DNA of 64,000 nucleotides from Trichoplax adhaerens (Eukaryota; Animalia; Placozoa). Within the stretch, counting starts at the first letter, position 1. Each line of letters opens with the position of its first letter. Positions 25,901 through 39,600 of this stretch are shown here, piece after piece. The DNA lies in contig NW_002060944.1 of the NCBI RefSeq assembly GCF_000150275.1, positions 4,902,123 to 4,966,122 on the forward strand. The letters run 5' to 3'. The position numbers were made by a program, and so were the translations under genes. Under the pieces are notes generated by a model. It saw only the letters and a list, made by a program, of their open reading frames with translations. It was not told the origin of the DNA and did not search any database.

Positions 25901-28900
25901 ATATCCATAAGGCATGCGGTGCCGGTAAAACCTAACAAATAGCAATGATAGGCAATGAATTTAGTCGACAATAAACGCATCAACGCCAATCAAGGTAAAA
26001 ACTCGGACTAGATAAATAAAGAACTTATTTATTGCCAAAATTGACATATACAGCACTGAAATAGACAAATCAGTTAACAAGATTGAGATATAAATTGTAT
26101 GCCTGTAGTAATATAATCTGACTGCTCTTTTTCAAAGTGTACAGTTTTCAATCTTGAATTAGCAAAGACTGCATAATTTATACGGAACTCAGACTAGACT
26201 TAACTTAGAAAGTATACAGTTTTCAATCTTGAATTAGCAAAGACTGCATAATTTACACGGAACTCTGACTAGACTTAACTAGAGAGTATACAGTTTTCGA
26301 TCTTTATTTTAGCAATGATAATTGCATAATTGCACGGAATAACTTTAAAATTACAACTTACCGGTCGGGCATACACATGAATAGTCTTTCCATGTTACCG
26401 GATTAACGGCACATTTTTGTGCTGCACTACATGGTGAACTCAAGCAAGGATTGGAATATTTACATCTTCGGCCAGTAAATTCTGGTAAACAGCTATAATT
26501 CGATAGAAAATAAAATGATTGAATTAGTCACCTATACGTTAGATATTAAATAATAAAATATTAGTCTATGTATTGTAAAAGAAGATTGTCATTGAGCGCT
26601 ATCATAGTACTTCAATTAGGTTAATATCAACCGAAAGTATTAGCCCTTCCATCTTCCCATAATCCAACTGGATAAATTAATTATCATTAACTTATTCATC
26701 AGAAAACAAGTAAGACTACGTCTGATTTGCCCCTTAGCATTTTTTTTGTCATAAATTAGCATCTCATTAATTATGCTGATGCAAATTGGGAATCCCTTGT
26801 GCTATACAATGTTAAACTTAATTATAAATCTTCTCATATTACCTCCCAGTTATCGTCTAGAATCTTAATAGAATCTTTTTCTGTTAGACATTGACTCTGA
26901 CTTATAACAGTATTCCTTCAAGTTTAGCTATATCACGGATAAAATATATATATACTGTAGTCTACGATAGCAATTACTTTATTGACACCTATTGATGATA
27001 TTGTGCTTAAGTATCTATCTCAGTGATATCAATTAGTTTTGGGTTTGGCTTATCATTTTAATAATATCAATACAGATAAATTTACGATGTACTGTATTCA
27101 TAACGATGAATTTATTAATTTAATGAAGGGAGGAGTAAACTACCAATTGCAAAATTAAGCTGACATTATGAATATTTTATCGTGAGATGGCTAAAATCAG
27201 GATTGACTTTGCTAAAAGGGAGAAGTAAAGATAATATACGATAACGAAAAATCGTATGTAGTAGGTTGATAAACAGCTTTTTTTTCAATATGGATAGGAA
27301 TAATCACATTATTAGTATATCAGATTCATTTTCTCAAACACAAAAATGATTGATTAGTACATCTTTACATTTAATTTACTTGAAATATGGAAGCACTAAA
27401 GTGGAAAGATTGAGAATAGATTGATCATCTAATTATTATATTAGTTCTAACATATTCCCTATATTATAATTAGGGATTGTATAGCCGGCTGTCATTACTG
27501 TGTCCTCGAAAATTGGGGAGATTATAATTCCATTCAAGAGAATATGTTCAGTTCTTATCAAGTTATGCCATCATAGGCGCGATTAATGCACTTGAAGTAG
27601 TCGACTACTTATGTTTCAAATATAAATTAATAAAAATGATTACCATTAGTTAATTATAAGGGGAATTTTTCCGTAATTAGATAAAGCTTATAAAAATACT
27701 TGAAGTAATTGACTACTAATGTATTGGATATGAATTAAGAATGATTAGTTAATTACATCGAGAATTTTTCCGTGATTAGATAAAGCCTATTAATACACTT
27801 AAAGTATTCCACATGCTTTAATAACTGTCTCGGCTTTTTTATCATATACTACGAAAATTAAATGAATTGTTGACGAAGTTAGGCAAAATTGACATTTTCC
27901 ATTAACGAAGATAAGAGTTGGGTCAAAATTCAATTTTTTATATCATCAATGCTCGAAGATTGCAACATCATTGATGATTAAACTAATTAACTTGTATCAT
28001 CAATAAATTTCCGCTGAATGATATCATTTTATTGGCATAATCAGACTGTTATGTTGTCATGGCTGATTAACATTATTGCCTCAAGTCATAACTTTCAAAA
28101 GAATACTATGGAGTGATAAATAGAAATGGAAACAATAGCAAGAGATGAATACGGCGGAGAAGGAAACAAAAAGCAGAGCCAAAGGTATAATCATATTCTT
28201 TTAACTTGTATGGTGGCAACGAATATCATCGAATTGAATTCTGTACTAGTTAATGCCTACAAAGTTTTCAGTTATTATCAATGTCTTAAAATTCTTTTCT
28301 ATTATTATTGTCGCTGTCGTTGTTGGTGGTTGTTGTTGTTGTTGTTGTGATTGCTACTCCTTTTATATCGTCTACGAAGAGATATCTTTTACTTTACCGT
28401 CTCTCTACCCTCTATTTTACTTTATTTTCAAACTATTGGCATTGTTTGAATCAAAATAGACGTCGTATGGCTTTTAAAATAGAATTAAAAACGATTTCTT
28501 CCTCACTACTAATAAGTCAAGTGCTTGACAAGTACCGATACAATAGATTGAACAATATCGATTATTTTTACGCCTTTCCACGGATATATCAAGCTTAACT
28601 TCCTCTTCTGTTTTACTAGTGATTTTATTCTTGTAGTGGATAGAAGTGAAATTTCCTAGACTCCTCGTAAATTGGTAATAGCCCTTAGAATAATAAGTAT
28701 GAAATCAAAAATATCTACCTATATTGTCGACATGATGGACAAAGATAGGGGCGCACGGCACAGACAAATTATTTAATTTGATCAATATGTCATAGCATTG
28801 ACGCGTTAGTCTAGTTGATTTAATGAATAAATTGAAATATTTAATGATTGTTGAGCAATGGATATAAGAGAATTAATTAATGTTAGCCGAGTTATTATTT

Positions 28901-31900
28901 GCATGAATGGTGTTCATAGGAATAAGGGGTGCTAAAATCTAAAAAGAATAAATTGTTCTCGTGGACAGCACGTGTTGGTTACTTATTTGTTGCCTATCTC
29001 GAATCAATATATTCTTCTTGTTTTGAAGTTGGCGACGGTTAGTGACAAAAGATCAGAAACTAATTGCCAGCGGTAAAGATATTAAAATGTACAACTAATC
29101 AATTGTAACCTCGGTGATACATTCTATTAATATTGTCTATGTCATTATGATATTCCTTGTGGTCGATGAATACGTTCTACACTCGACTGAGATTCGATGA
29201 AATAAAATGAAGAATTGTAATATCGCTAGACATTATTTTCCTCCCTCTAGCTATAAATTTTATCCTTATCAATTCCTTATCATTGATTCCATAATTTAAA
29301 TTACGGAAATGTAATTATCTGAATTATGATTATAATCATATCAGTTTGAACATTAATTATTCTAAATTTAAATTACATTAATTCGTTGATTAGCTATATA
29401 AATCATGTCAGAAAAATTACAGTACTTCGATACGTAATAGCTTGATTTAATATGAATTCTTGCTATTATGATTTGTTATGTTCGAATCGCTTAAGATATG
29501 TTAGATGTTTGTAAAGTTTAACTTGAACAAAACCAATTACTCATGTCCAAAGCTTGAAAGAGCAAGAAGAAAATGTTATCGTGAGTCGTGACATTGATTG
29601 TCACTATCATATTTCCGGTTAATTGCCTATCGTCAATTTAAAAGTTAATTTGTTATAGTGATGTTGGACCGATTTGTTCATCATCTTAATATATTGCTAT
29701 TTGACGTTAAGTAGAGTAAAAAAACGAGAGAAAATAATTACATGAAGATTAGAGTAGGGATTATGAGTCATCATCGTGATGCTTAGTTCATGAATATAAC
29801 ATGTCTAATCAAATCTCTATTGAATCTTCTTGTCGTCATTTGCACTGATTATAGAAATGAAATAAATTGACTTTTTTCTTTTTTGACTGTCTGCGTCTCT
29901 TTTTTCTCTGTATTAGACTCTCTTCATCTTTTCAAATCAATAGTTATATTGTCAGCAATATTTAAAAGTATACATGCCTAGAAGCACTAATTAAGGCCAC
30001 TTGAAACTAATATAATAGATACTGTTCTTATTTTTATTCAAACGATGATTTAATGAAAAGAAAAGTAGATATAAAAAGAAAAGTATAAGATTGATGAGAT
30101 TTTAATATCTCATCTACTAAGTTATCAATAATAGCTACTAAAACAGGAAATAGCGATGGTAACTCAAACATAAAAGCATCAAGATATTCAAAATTTAAAT
30201 CTGAAAAAAGTGATCGTCATACTGCTCTCATCAATGCCTTTTCCGTTTAAAATGAAGCTCCTAATGCGATGTAAAGAGACCAAGAGAGTAAAAAGAGTGA
30301 TAACAACAAGTGGACAAATAACCAACGTTCATGGACAAGCAATCAATGATATATATAAATAAATTACGCTGATTTCTCTTTAGTCATGACATTCTCAATT
30401 GTATAAGGTTATGATTGACATAGAATTTAGACAATAGAAAAAAATGATGGAGGAGAAAGGTCGTGTGGGATGCAACTGGTGTCACTATTTTTTAAAACAT
30501 AGTCTATTGAAATTGATTCAACAATTCAATCTTTAAGACTATTATTATCCATGAGTGGGTACAACAGTTGCTCTTCTCAATCGTTATTGTTCATTAATTA
30601 ACGATATTATACAATTTCTACATGACTATGGGATACAAGGAAAGCATCACTAACAAAGTCAAAAGATGGATTGAAGAAGAGGGGGGTAGCAAAAAATAAT
30701 AAGAAGAATAATCAAAGAAAAATAGAATATTACAAACAACACGCTAAGAATAATTATAGCCTCAAGTCGCTTGCTATTTCAACTAAATTGGGGAGAGTAT
30801 TATGAAATAACAGTCGACCATTCAACAGTAATCTAATTAGTTAAGAGAGAATTAATTTCAACTTCTTAAGCAAAGTACGGGACCGGCTAGACATCAATGT
30901 CCATATCAAAATCACAGGGAATAATCAAACAATAGACTTGCTAGTTGATGGAGAATAGAGAGTAGTTAGTTTTGTCAGTTGTAACTATTTTTTTGTCTGT
31001 ATCTTTGCCACGTATTGACTTTTTTACATTACTTGTATCATCAACAATTTCATTTGAAAGAAGAGAGAAAAAAATGCTAATTTAAATATATGTATTGATT
31101 GAAAAATGAGATATCTAGTTGTTGATTAAATTTGCTATAGCTACAGCATAATATTACCAACTTTTAGTCATCGTCTTGGCTGACCCTGTATGACTCCATC
31201 TTATTGATATCCTGATTGAATTTATAGCTCAAACATGTTCTTTAAATAATTGTATTATTAATCTGCGACGATAGGATACAAATTTGAATTACGGCAAACG
31301 GCGCCACGCGTCCGACAATGCAATCAATAACTCTTGTTGATAGATTATGCAGGGTGGAGACATCGACTGTGGTAGCAAATTAACACCTCAATAACATTTC
31401 GAGAAGAGTTAAGTAGTACCCCTGCTATCTCTTAATAATTAAACCCCAACTGGATGTCCACTACCACCTATCTACTTGGATATAATATCGGCTAAAATTA
31501 TTGATTGTATTCTTTGAATCCTGATTAAATGCAGTGTACACGTCCGTAGATAGCCATATAGAGCAATAACAGATAAAATAGACAAACGCATGTAGTTAAT
31601 ACTACATACCCGTGTATACTCTAATTTCCTAACTAGCATACTTTTAGCTTGGAGAAATGATCTATCTCACTATGCATGTGCAAGATTATAAACTAGAGAT
31701 CACATAATTCGATAGATCGATAATACAATAAGTGACATCATGAGCAACAGGGTGCCATATTGACAATATATAATTACAACATCGACGGTCGATTTAGCTA
31801 ATTCGCTAAAGTCTCTTCCATTAGACATATATAATTATATATATAATATTTGACGCCCTTTCAACCCCATCGATAATGTAATTATCATCTAATATTTTAA

Positions 31901-34900
31901 CAACATATTCAAAGATAAGATAAGTCAAGAATGTTGACTATGCATGATTCATATAATATGAATTTATGCTAGCTTTTTTCAAATACAGTAAGGAAGGTTG
32001 CAAAATAATTATTTTAAATGATGCGTAAGCACAAAAATTTTAATTAATACTACAAACGGACTTTGTTATCTAAGTTTGCTAGGGTATTGAATAAAAAGCT
32101 ATAGGGCAAATAAGAGGGATAAAATAATTGCATTAACTCCAGGGAAAGAAATTTTAGCTATCATTTATATCTAACTTTACACGGCTTGGCGCTGAAATGG
32201 TAGTAATAATTAGAGGATGAGTCATGACTGCATAATAAAATCTCTTCATGAACTTTAGCTCTTTTACGGTTATGATATGGAAAGAATTTTTCTATCTATA
32301 CTAAAATGACATTTTATGTGTATTGAGTCATCGATGTAGACTACTATATATACTCGTATTTATATATAAGCAATGGATATTTTCATTAAAATAGAATTAG
32401 GGGTAAATGAAAGTAGATCTATTTAATGGTTAACCAAAGTATAATTATAATAATACTTTAATAATTATAATCGGAGATCGTGAGAAATTAATTAATCATG
32501 CCTAAGATTGCAAGTAATATCTTAGTAATTCTAACTATTTTATACTTCATACGTATCATTATAATTAAATGATGAAAGATTTTAATATAGCGAGATGGAC
32601 ATTTTTAGTACTTGTATAAAATGGAATCGACACCTAATCTTGATTAATAAATTCTATTTTTGAGTTTCGTAAAACTAGAACAACGACGTCTCTTTTAGAC
32701 TGATTCATAGTTTTCAAGTTGATGATATCCTAAAACGCTTACAGATAGCTCGCAAGTCTGGCAATAGTTAAGTGTTATAACTTTTGCATTGCTGCCTATC
32801 TTTCTTTCATATTCCCAAATGATGCCGACTGACTGGTGCTTATTCATATTGTACAATAGTTGTGATACTAAGATCGTTTTCGAATCATTCTTTGTTATAG
32901 TTAAAAGTAGCAGTTTCTTTATCTTTTCTTTATTACTTTCGTTCAATTCTACTTAATCTGCCTCAAGACAAATCAAAATCAAACATGATAACTAGCTATA
33001 CCTTAAACAAAGAGCTTTTAAACACTATTTGCTACCGTAAAGGTCTTATTAATATTCCAGTCTAAAGTGGAAACATTGTTTTTACACCTAAGGTCCTATA
33101 GATTGAAGAAGGCATGACTGCATAACAAGTAACAATACCCTGTCTTAAGCACACAGAATGATTAAGCCATAATTAATTTCTATCTTAGAGTTCATAAAAA
33201 TTAGGCACGTATACTCGCACTATAAATTAAAGGACAGAAATATTAAGAGTGTTCATATATTTTTAGCTTGACATCATAGAATAATCGAATAAAAGCCATT
33301 TGCGTAAATATAGGGACGTTTTTGTTCTACCTTATTTTAAGTATATCTTCTCAGTTAGCATCATGTGTAGAAAAAATTACGGAAATTCATCTGAACAGAT
33401 TAATAATTTAAAACTGTTTTCAATATGATGGAAATTTGAAAAGTTACTATTGCAATATTGATACCTTTCAACTACTTTTAACTATTTATGGAATAGCTTC
33501 TTAACGTAATAAAGTAATTTGATAGCAGCTTAATTCAATAATATAGCCATAGGCAGTATGAATTAATTATTCTAGCCGTTCAGCTATGTCTCTTAATTTG
33601 CCCAAGGTCAAGATAATGAAATAATTCACATTTTATTCTCTAGCGATTACAGTATTGTATCTTAATATCTGTGGCAATAAAGTACAACCCATCCGTATAG
33701 AAGGTAGATATTGTATCCCTTGTGTAATACTTCAAATTTTTTGAAAGAATAATTTAAACTGAATGAGTCATTTCTTCATCAATGACTCAAATATTAATAT
33801 ATAAGTAGGGTATAAAAGTATAGGTTGATATGTTCACAATATCGTGTTGCAGACTCTCTACATAAAGAGTCTATAAACCATTAGTAGGTTATAATATTTC
33901 AATTGCAATATCCAAATCATATTTAAGAATTTATATCTCCAAGAAACATTGACTAGTAGGCCCACACCATGGGCTGTTAGATTGGCAAACAAGCCTGTAT
34001 CCATCTCAATTAATCTACAGCAGTATCTATATGATAGCTTACCTGCATCTGCCGGTATAAGGATCACATTTGCCTCCATGCAGGCAGGAATCAGGCTGGC
34101 ATAAATTAACTAGATATCAAGAAAATAGAGATAAAAATTAAGCATATCCAGTCTTTAATACAACTAGGCTTCATATACAATGTCCGCATACTATTTTATT
34201 ACTAGGGTGAGAAGGTACCGTAGTGAAAAGAGAGTAATAACTAGTTAAAGAATTAATTTTAGTATTAGAAGTTATTAAACCGCGATTCGCTAAGGCAGTA
34301 AACTATAACTAAAGATTTTGTACGCTTTTATGAAGGTATAGGAACGAAAAATAACTATCAATTTAGCACTAATTTAAAATTAAGCAAATACTTGTAAAGT
34401 TTTACAGGGCTATCTTAGACTGTTTTCAAAAATAGTTTAATTGCTTTAGGAGCTATGGCTGTTATTATGAGTATAAATTATCAAGTTTGCCTCGTTTTTC
34501 AATTTAATGTGACAATGTTGATAATAGTTAAGGAAATATGACAGCTAATATTGTGGTAATTGTTAGTAACTCTGTTCGGCCAAGCCCCTGCCATGAGGGA
34601 GCATGATGACTAGCTTCAATAATCAGGGATATTAAAGGCAACGTAAAATGGCTTAGCTAGAAATCTATACTGACACAGAAAATTATGGTTGGGTAATATT
34701 GGACAAAGATTTAAAAAGAAAAGTTAAGCTCTTAACCAGTTATTTAGTAACAATGGTCTAAGTAAATTTAAACTGATGTATTACTACAGTATCTATTTGC
34801 CAAGGAATAGTATAAGATTTGGCTTAGTAAGTGTCAATATTATAATAAAATATTATTACAGAATTTTGTACTCTTCTTTAACTAGAAGTGAGAAGAAAGA

Positions 34901-36669
34901 TAAATGACTACAATCAAAGTAGTCTTCATTTACGGTTACTTAGTATCATTAAATTATGACTGGAAATTAATCCTTTCGAAGGTGGCTTTCTTGAAGGAAC
35001 AACTGCACTCTTGAATGTGAATTATTTTTACTCTATGTTAGCAGCTCGTCATTTTTTCCATTTTAATATCATTACTTCTTGATATTTCCTCCATAATTTA
35101 TCGATACATAGCAATTACTATTCTTTTAATTAATATCCGATAAATCACTAGAACGGACTCGTTTTTAAATTATTCCATATGATTTGATTGCAAATTTTTA
35201 ATTAAATTAATAAAATTCTCCTTCAAACGCTAAATTCAAACCTACTTTAATAGAGGTGGATTTATTAAAGATGGATAAAAAAGTCTTGAGTCTTCGTAAA
35301 AATTTATACGTGATCTTACGAAGACTTCTTATAACAGAAAACGGCTAAAATCGACTGTCATGATCTTTTTATAGAATTATGGGCGGAAGAGAAGATTTTC
35401 ATTGAATTAATGCAGGGTGGTTGTTTAAATTATTATTTTCCAGAAATTAGTTTAATCCATGATATTTAAAAAGATAGATGATTAGCTTTTCTCAAGCATA
35501 GTAAATCGTTCAATTTTATATGTTACTTTGTCTAACTTTCGACGGACAAAATGATATGACAAGTAAACCTACGTCTTGATTATTTAAATACACTCTCCCT
35601 ATGTAAAATAATATTTATGGAGCAAATGAACAGTGGTTATCATTTAACCACAATTCCTGTTGATATTAGTTTTATGGTATCTAAGTGAACTTTTTGGGGG
35701 TAATCCCATTCTTATTACTTTAATAAAATGCAAATAATGTTCTCTAATATGGATTTGACATGGTATTCTTTTGTAGATTTGAGAGTATCTCTTTGATGAT
35801 GTATTTTTTTTACTATTGCCTTTCAAAAATGGCCCTATCTAATCCCTTCGTAGGCATAAAATGCTGTTATGCTCACTAGATATGATGAAGATAACACTTG
35901 CGACATTATTAGAGAAGGTAGGATCTAGGTTGATTATGTTTCTATTTAACCTTAGGAAAAGATGAAGTTAGGAGAGGGCTAGAAATTATTGCATAATTGA
36001 AGGGATTGAGCAGCGATCGATATAACTTTAACGACCATTTTAAAGGTGCATAACGGGATTACAAAGCTCTGATTATTGTGGTTATACTCTCGTTTTATAG
36101 TAGAAAGAGAGTATCAAATAGATCTTTTTAGCCATTATTAACCGGATTACAAGCGCATAATCATAATTACAATATTTCATTTTAATTAAAATATCCACTA
36201 AAAAGTACGGAAAGAGCTTCAAATTAATAAGTTATTTGAATTGGAAGAGGAAAAATTATTGAATCATGAATTGACTAGAAAGATTAAATATGGAATCAGA
36301 TCGACTCTAATACTAAACAAAACGGTTTTAAAAAAGAAAATTAGTAGCGTATATTTAATGCTGGTTTGCGGAGTAAGTATCAAAAAATATAAAAGCGCTC
36401 GATATAATAACTTGAAACTAATATGAAGATAAGAATTTTTGCCTTTACTTTCAGAATCAACATTATCATTAATAGTAAAATCATTATTGGAAATAATGCT
36501 ATCCAAAATGATAGTGTTGATGGGTAACTTGAATTTCATGGATCATCAAGCATATTAGTTACTTTCTTTTGTCTACAAGTCGATAAAGTAGTGTATTACC
36601 TGATTGTCCTTTAACGTTTACTACCAATAAGAGTAATAGCAATGAAACGATAAACTGGCTAGGGTCCAT
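18645..36669 (-). CDS. Notch: Notch receptor (~1841 aa): signal peptide, 15 EGF, 3 LNR, HD, TM, RAM, ANK, polyQ, PEST
   Basis: 18 GT-AG exons with consistent phases: 36669-36600, 34109-34043, 26492-26362, 25931-25695, 25564-25427, 25301-24993, 24891-24769, 24634-24287, 24205-23855, 23767-23712, 23573-23377, 23256-23139, 22939-22692, 22537-22471, 22379-22298, 22004-21785, 21597-20892, 20702-18645. Signal peptide [24 protein letters not shown] motifs [16 protein letters not shown] and [10 protein letters not shown] ending [12 protein letters not shown] motif IWFP. Ankyrin repeats. PEST motifs YLTPPSQY and [13 protein letters not shown]. Confidence 0.95.
19803..20047 (-). repeat. CAG/CAA polyglutamine (opa-like) tract in the Notch intracellular domain
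   Basis: About 80 codons of mostly Q with periodic LH interruptions. Confidence 0.95.
26134..26340. repeat. ~75 bp x3 tandem repeat in Notch intron 3
   Basis: a(a/g)agt(g/a)tacagttttc(a/g)atctt starts at 26134, 26209 and 26283. Confidence 0.9.
27589..27806. repeat. ~110 bp x2 tandem duplication in Notch intron 2
   Basis: acttgaagta...gaatttttccgt(a/g)attagataaagc occurs twice, followed by the start of a third copy. Confidence 0.85.
28310..28350. repeat. (TTG)n microsatellite
   Basis: tgttggtggttgttgttgttgttgttg. Confidence 0.85.
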
Positions 36670-39600
36670 CTTGGCCAAGGGGAAAAGGAAATCTTAACTC
36701 CTTGTTGAACGATAATATTTTTGATGTATCTTGCTGCCGATTCAATCGTTTTTTCCACTTCTTTTCTTTAACTTTAACTGATATCCAATTATGAATAGGT
36801 GGGAAGGAAATGAAAATTGATTGTAACAATTTTAAATCCACTTGGATTATCCAAATTAATTTTAAATATCTAAATAAGCGATTTTGTCTTCGTCGTAACA
36901 AGCAATTAAACGTATGGTCAATGTGTAACAAGGAGATAGTCGTGTGTTGCAGGTTACTAATTGTTTAAGCATCAAGTTGAGATTAAACAGGTAAATCAGT
37001 AACTGATTAGTCCAAATGGACTGATGATAAACAATACAATTGGCTAAAAAAGAAAAAAAGATTGTATAGCTTAATAGGCTTTGATGTCCGTCATATGCTA
37101 ACTGTAGCTATGGCACGCAATTTTTTTTATGGAGGCTCTGCTAAACTTACTGTATTTGTTCTATTGTCATCGTTGAAACTATAGATGTTGACTAGTTTGG
37201 GAGGAGTTTAACCTAAATGAAACATTAGCAGACATTGCCAATTGATTCCATTTGCATGCTTTTATCTCTTACTTTCTTTCAGTAGTACCATCTATTGATA
37301 CAATGGATGTAAAGAGACCGTCGATCGATCAATAATAATAATAATTATAATCAGCGATATTGTTATGCAGACCGTTAGTAACTGTTTTAATCAATACGCA
37401 TCTAGCAGGGGTTGAAATTGAAGAGTAGAGTTAAAGCAAGGAGGAGGGAGAAAAGAAAGAAAGTATAAGGTAGAAATTGTTTGCTAAGTTAACACTGTTG
37501 ATGTTAAAGTCGTGGAATAATGTAGAGAATAGGGGGCAACCAGGGTGACGATAAAAAATTGCCATAACAATCTAAAAAAGAAGTCAATCGATGAGCAAAA
37601 AACAAAATGAATATCGATCTGACTAGTGATCAACCCATTCATATGGATAACTCTATACTTTATCCTATAAAATTAATACAATCTTGCTTGTATTGTTAGA
37701 GAAGAATCTAATCACCGCCGATAGAATATTCAATCATCATTGAACGATGATCAACTTGATGAAGTAAGATACTATAGAGAAGAAAAAATGATGTCATGGC
37801 TTGCCACCATTGTATGTTGAATATTGTTCTGATTGAGCGACTGCCATCACCTGTTGAATATTAACACGCATCGTTGCAACAATCAATTTTATTTATTGTC
37901 TTGAGTATAATTAACAGACTCTTTCAATGATCTACAATAGTAGATATACAACTAGCATCTTTCCTTATTATTCTGATCATCATAACATCTTGGAGTTATT
38001 ATTGATTAAGTTTGAGCTTTTTAATCTACTACGACTGTATCATTGTTGTAACCGTTGTTGGCTCTATTAGAGAGTTGGCCAATAGTTGAATATTCGATCA
38101 AAGCCAAGCTAAATTGCCTTTAGTAAACTTTAGATATAAATATACAATGAATTAACAATATTCAATTTGAATGGCGTTATTTCCTTTTATCAATGCCTAC
38201 ATAGTGCACACACACACTTCCATAGACTACATCGATATACACAAACACGCGTACCAATGGTCGCATACTGTTTCTTATTTTATTCTCAATGCTTCTCTGT
38301 TTTATTGAATAATGTAGCGGATACTTTACATTTACAAAATGGCTGACTGTATTATTCTTGAACGGTAAAAATTGAAAGATGACACAATAACTTGAAATTT
38401 CATTTCACATTAAATTGTCTCATAGAGCGTCGAAGCGTACTGTAGGTATTTCCATTGGCTTACTAAGCATTTTACTTTAGTCACAGCTTCATTATCATTA
38501 ATCACTTTATCCTGTACACTACCGTAGGACTGAAATTTCAGCCTACTTTACAATTCCAGTAGTTGTTTTTCCTCCCTCTTACTTTGATTATAGCCTTACT
38601 AATAGGCATAAAATCAGTGATGTTATCTCTTAATTAGTTTAATGTATTGGTATCAAAAGAAAGAATTTATATTCTATTGATGTGCAAATGAGATGCACTA
38701 CATAAGACAAGGACAGAGGGGGGGGGAGAAAGGAAATTTCAATTTAAAAAGTACAGCTGGTTGAATCTAGTATTTTCACATGCAATACGCGTAGATACTC
38801 TATTTTGAATCTATTACAAATAATTCCATGTAAACTGATCATATCTGCCTATCGATAGCAACAGTTTTATCATTCTATCGGTCACGATCATAATTTCGAG
38901 GAAAATATTTTTTGTCACGAAACTTGATCCAACTCAAATGAAAGTAATCTTCTGGTAAATATCTTCTATTTTGGTCATAACAACCCACTCAACAACCCAG
39001 AGATAATCACTTCATCAATTGACCAGATTAACATTCAATTTGAATTGCTTTTGTACACACAATCCGGATTTTTCAAGGGTCTTATTTTTTGTTACCAAGG
39101 TAATCTAACAAAATTTGACAGCCAAAACCGTTAGCTATAAGTCATTCTTGATTGCTAAACGTGCATAACGATCATGTTGTCCTATCTATTAATCACATTT
39201 TGAAGTCATTGTAGGTACGTTGAATCATCCATTTTTCTCTCATTATGATATAGACTAGATCAAATACTTATTCTGTAACATTGACACTATTAATGTTAAC
39301 ATCTATGGATATTAATTAGAATGATGAATATTCGTAATTTTATAATTTATTCTCACTCATTTTAATGTGAGGCGATAACGGATATTGATCTTGATCTGTA
39401 ATATTGTTTACAGTAAATTAAAACTTAACTCGGTATCAATTTATTATTAATGTAGTTAATATTCATCATTAAAAAATTGTTGGTCAAGAATTTATTAATT
39501 AGTCGATCGGAAAATAGTTAAGAATATAATCATCATCCACCTGTGTTTGCATAGATCGTCAATATTTGCGTATCGATGTAGACGTCACTGCCAAATTTCA

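Noticed and set aside
26493-34042. Hidden EGF exons in Notch intron 2
   Set aside because: The flanking exons join to form one complete EGF (..YTGRCS|[10 protein letters not shown]), and no Cys-patterned exon was recognised inside.
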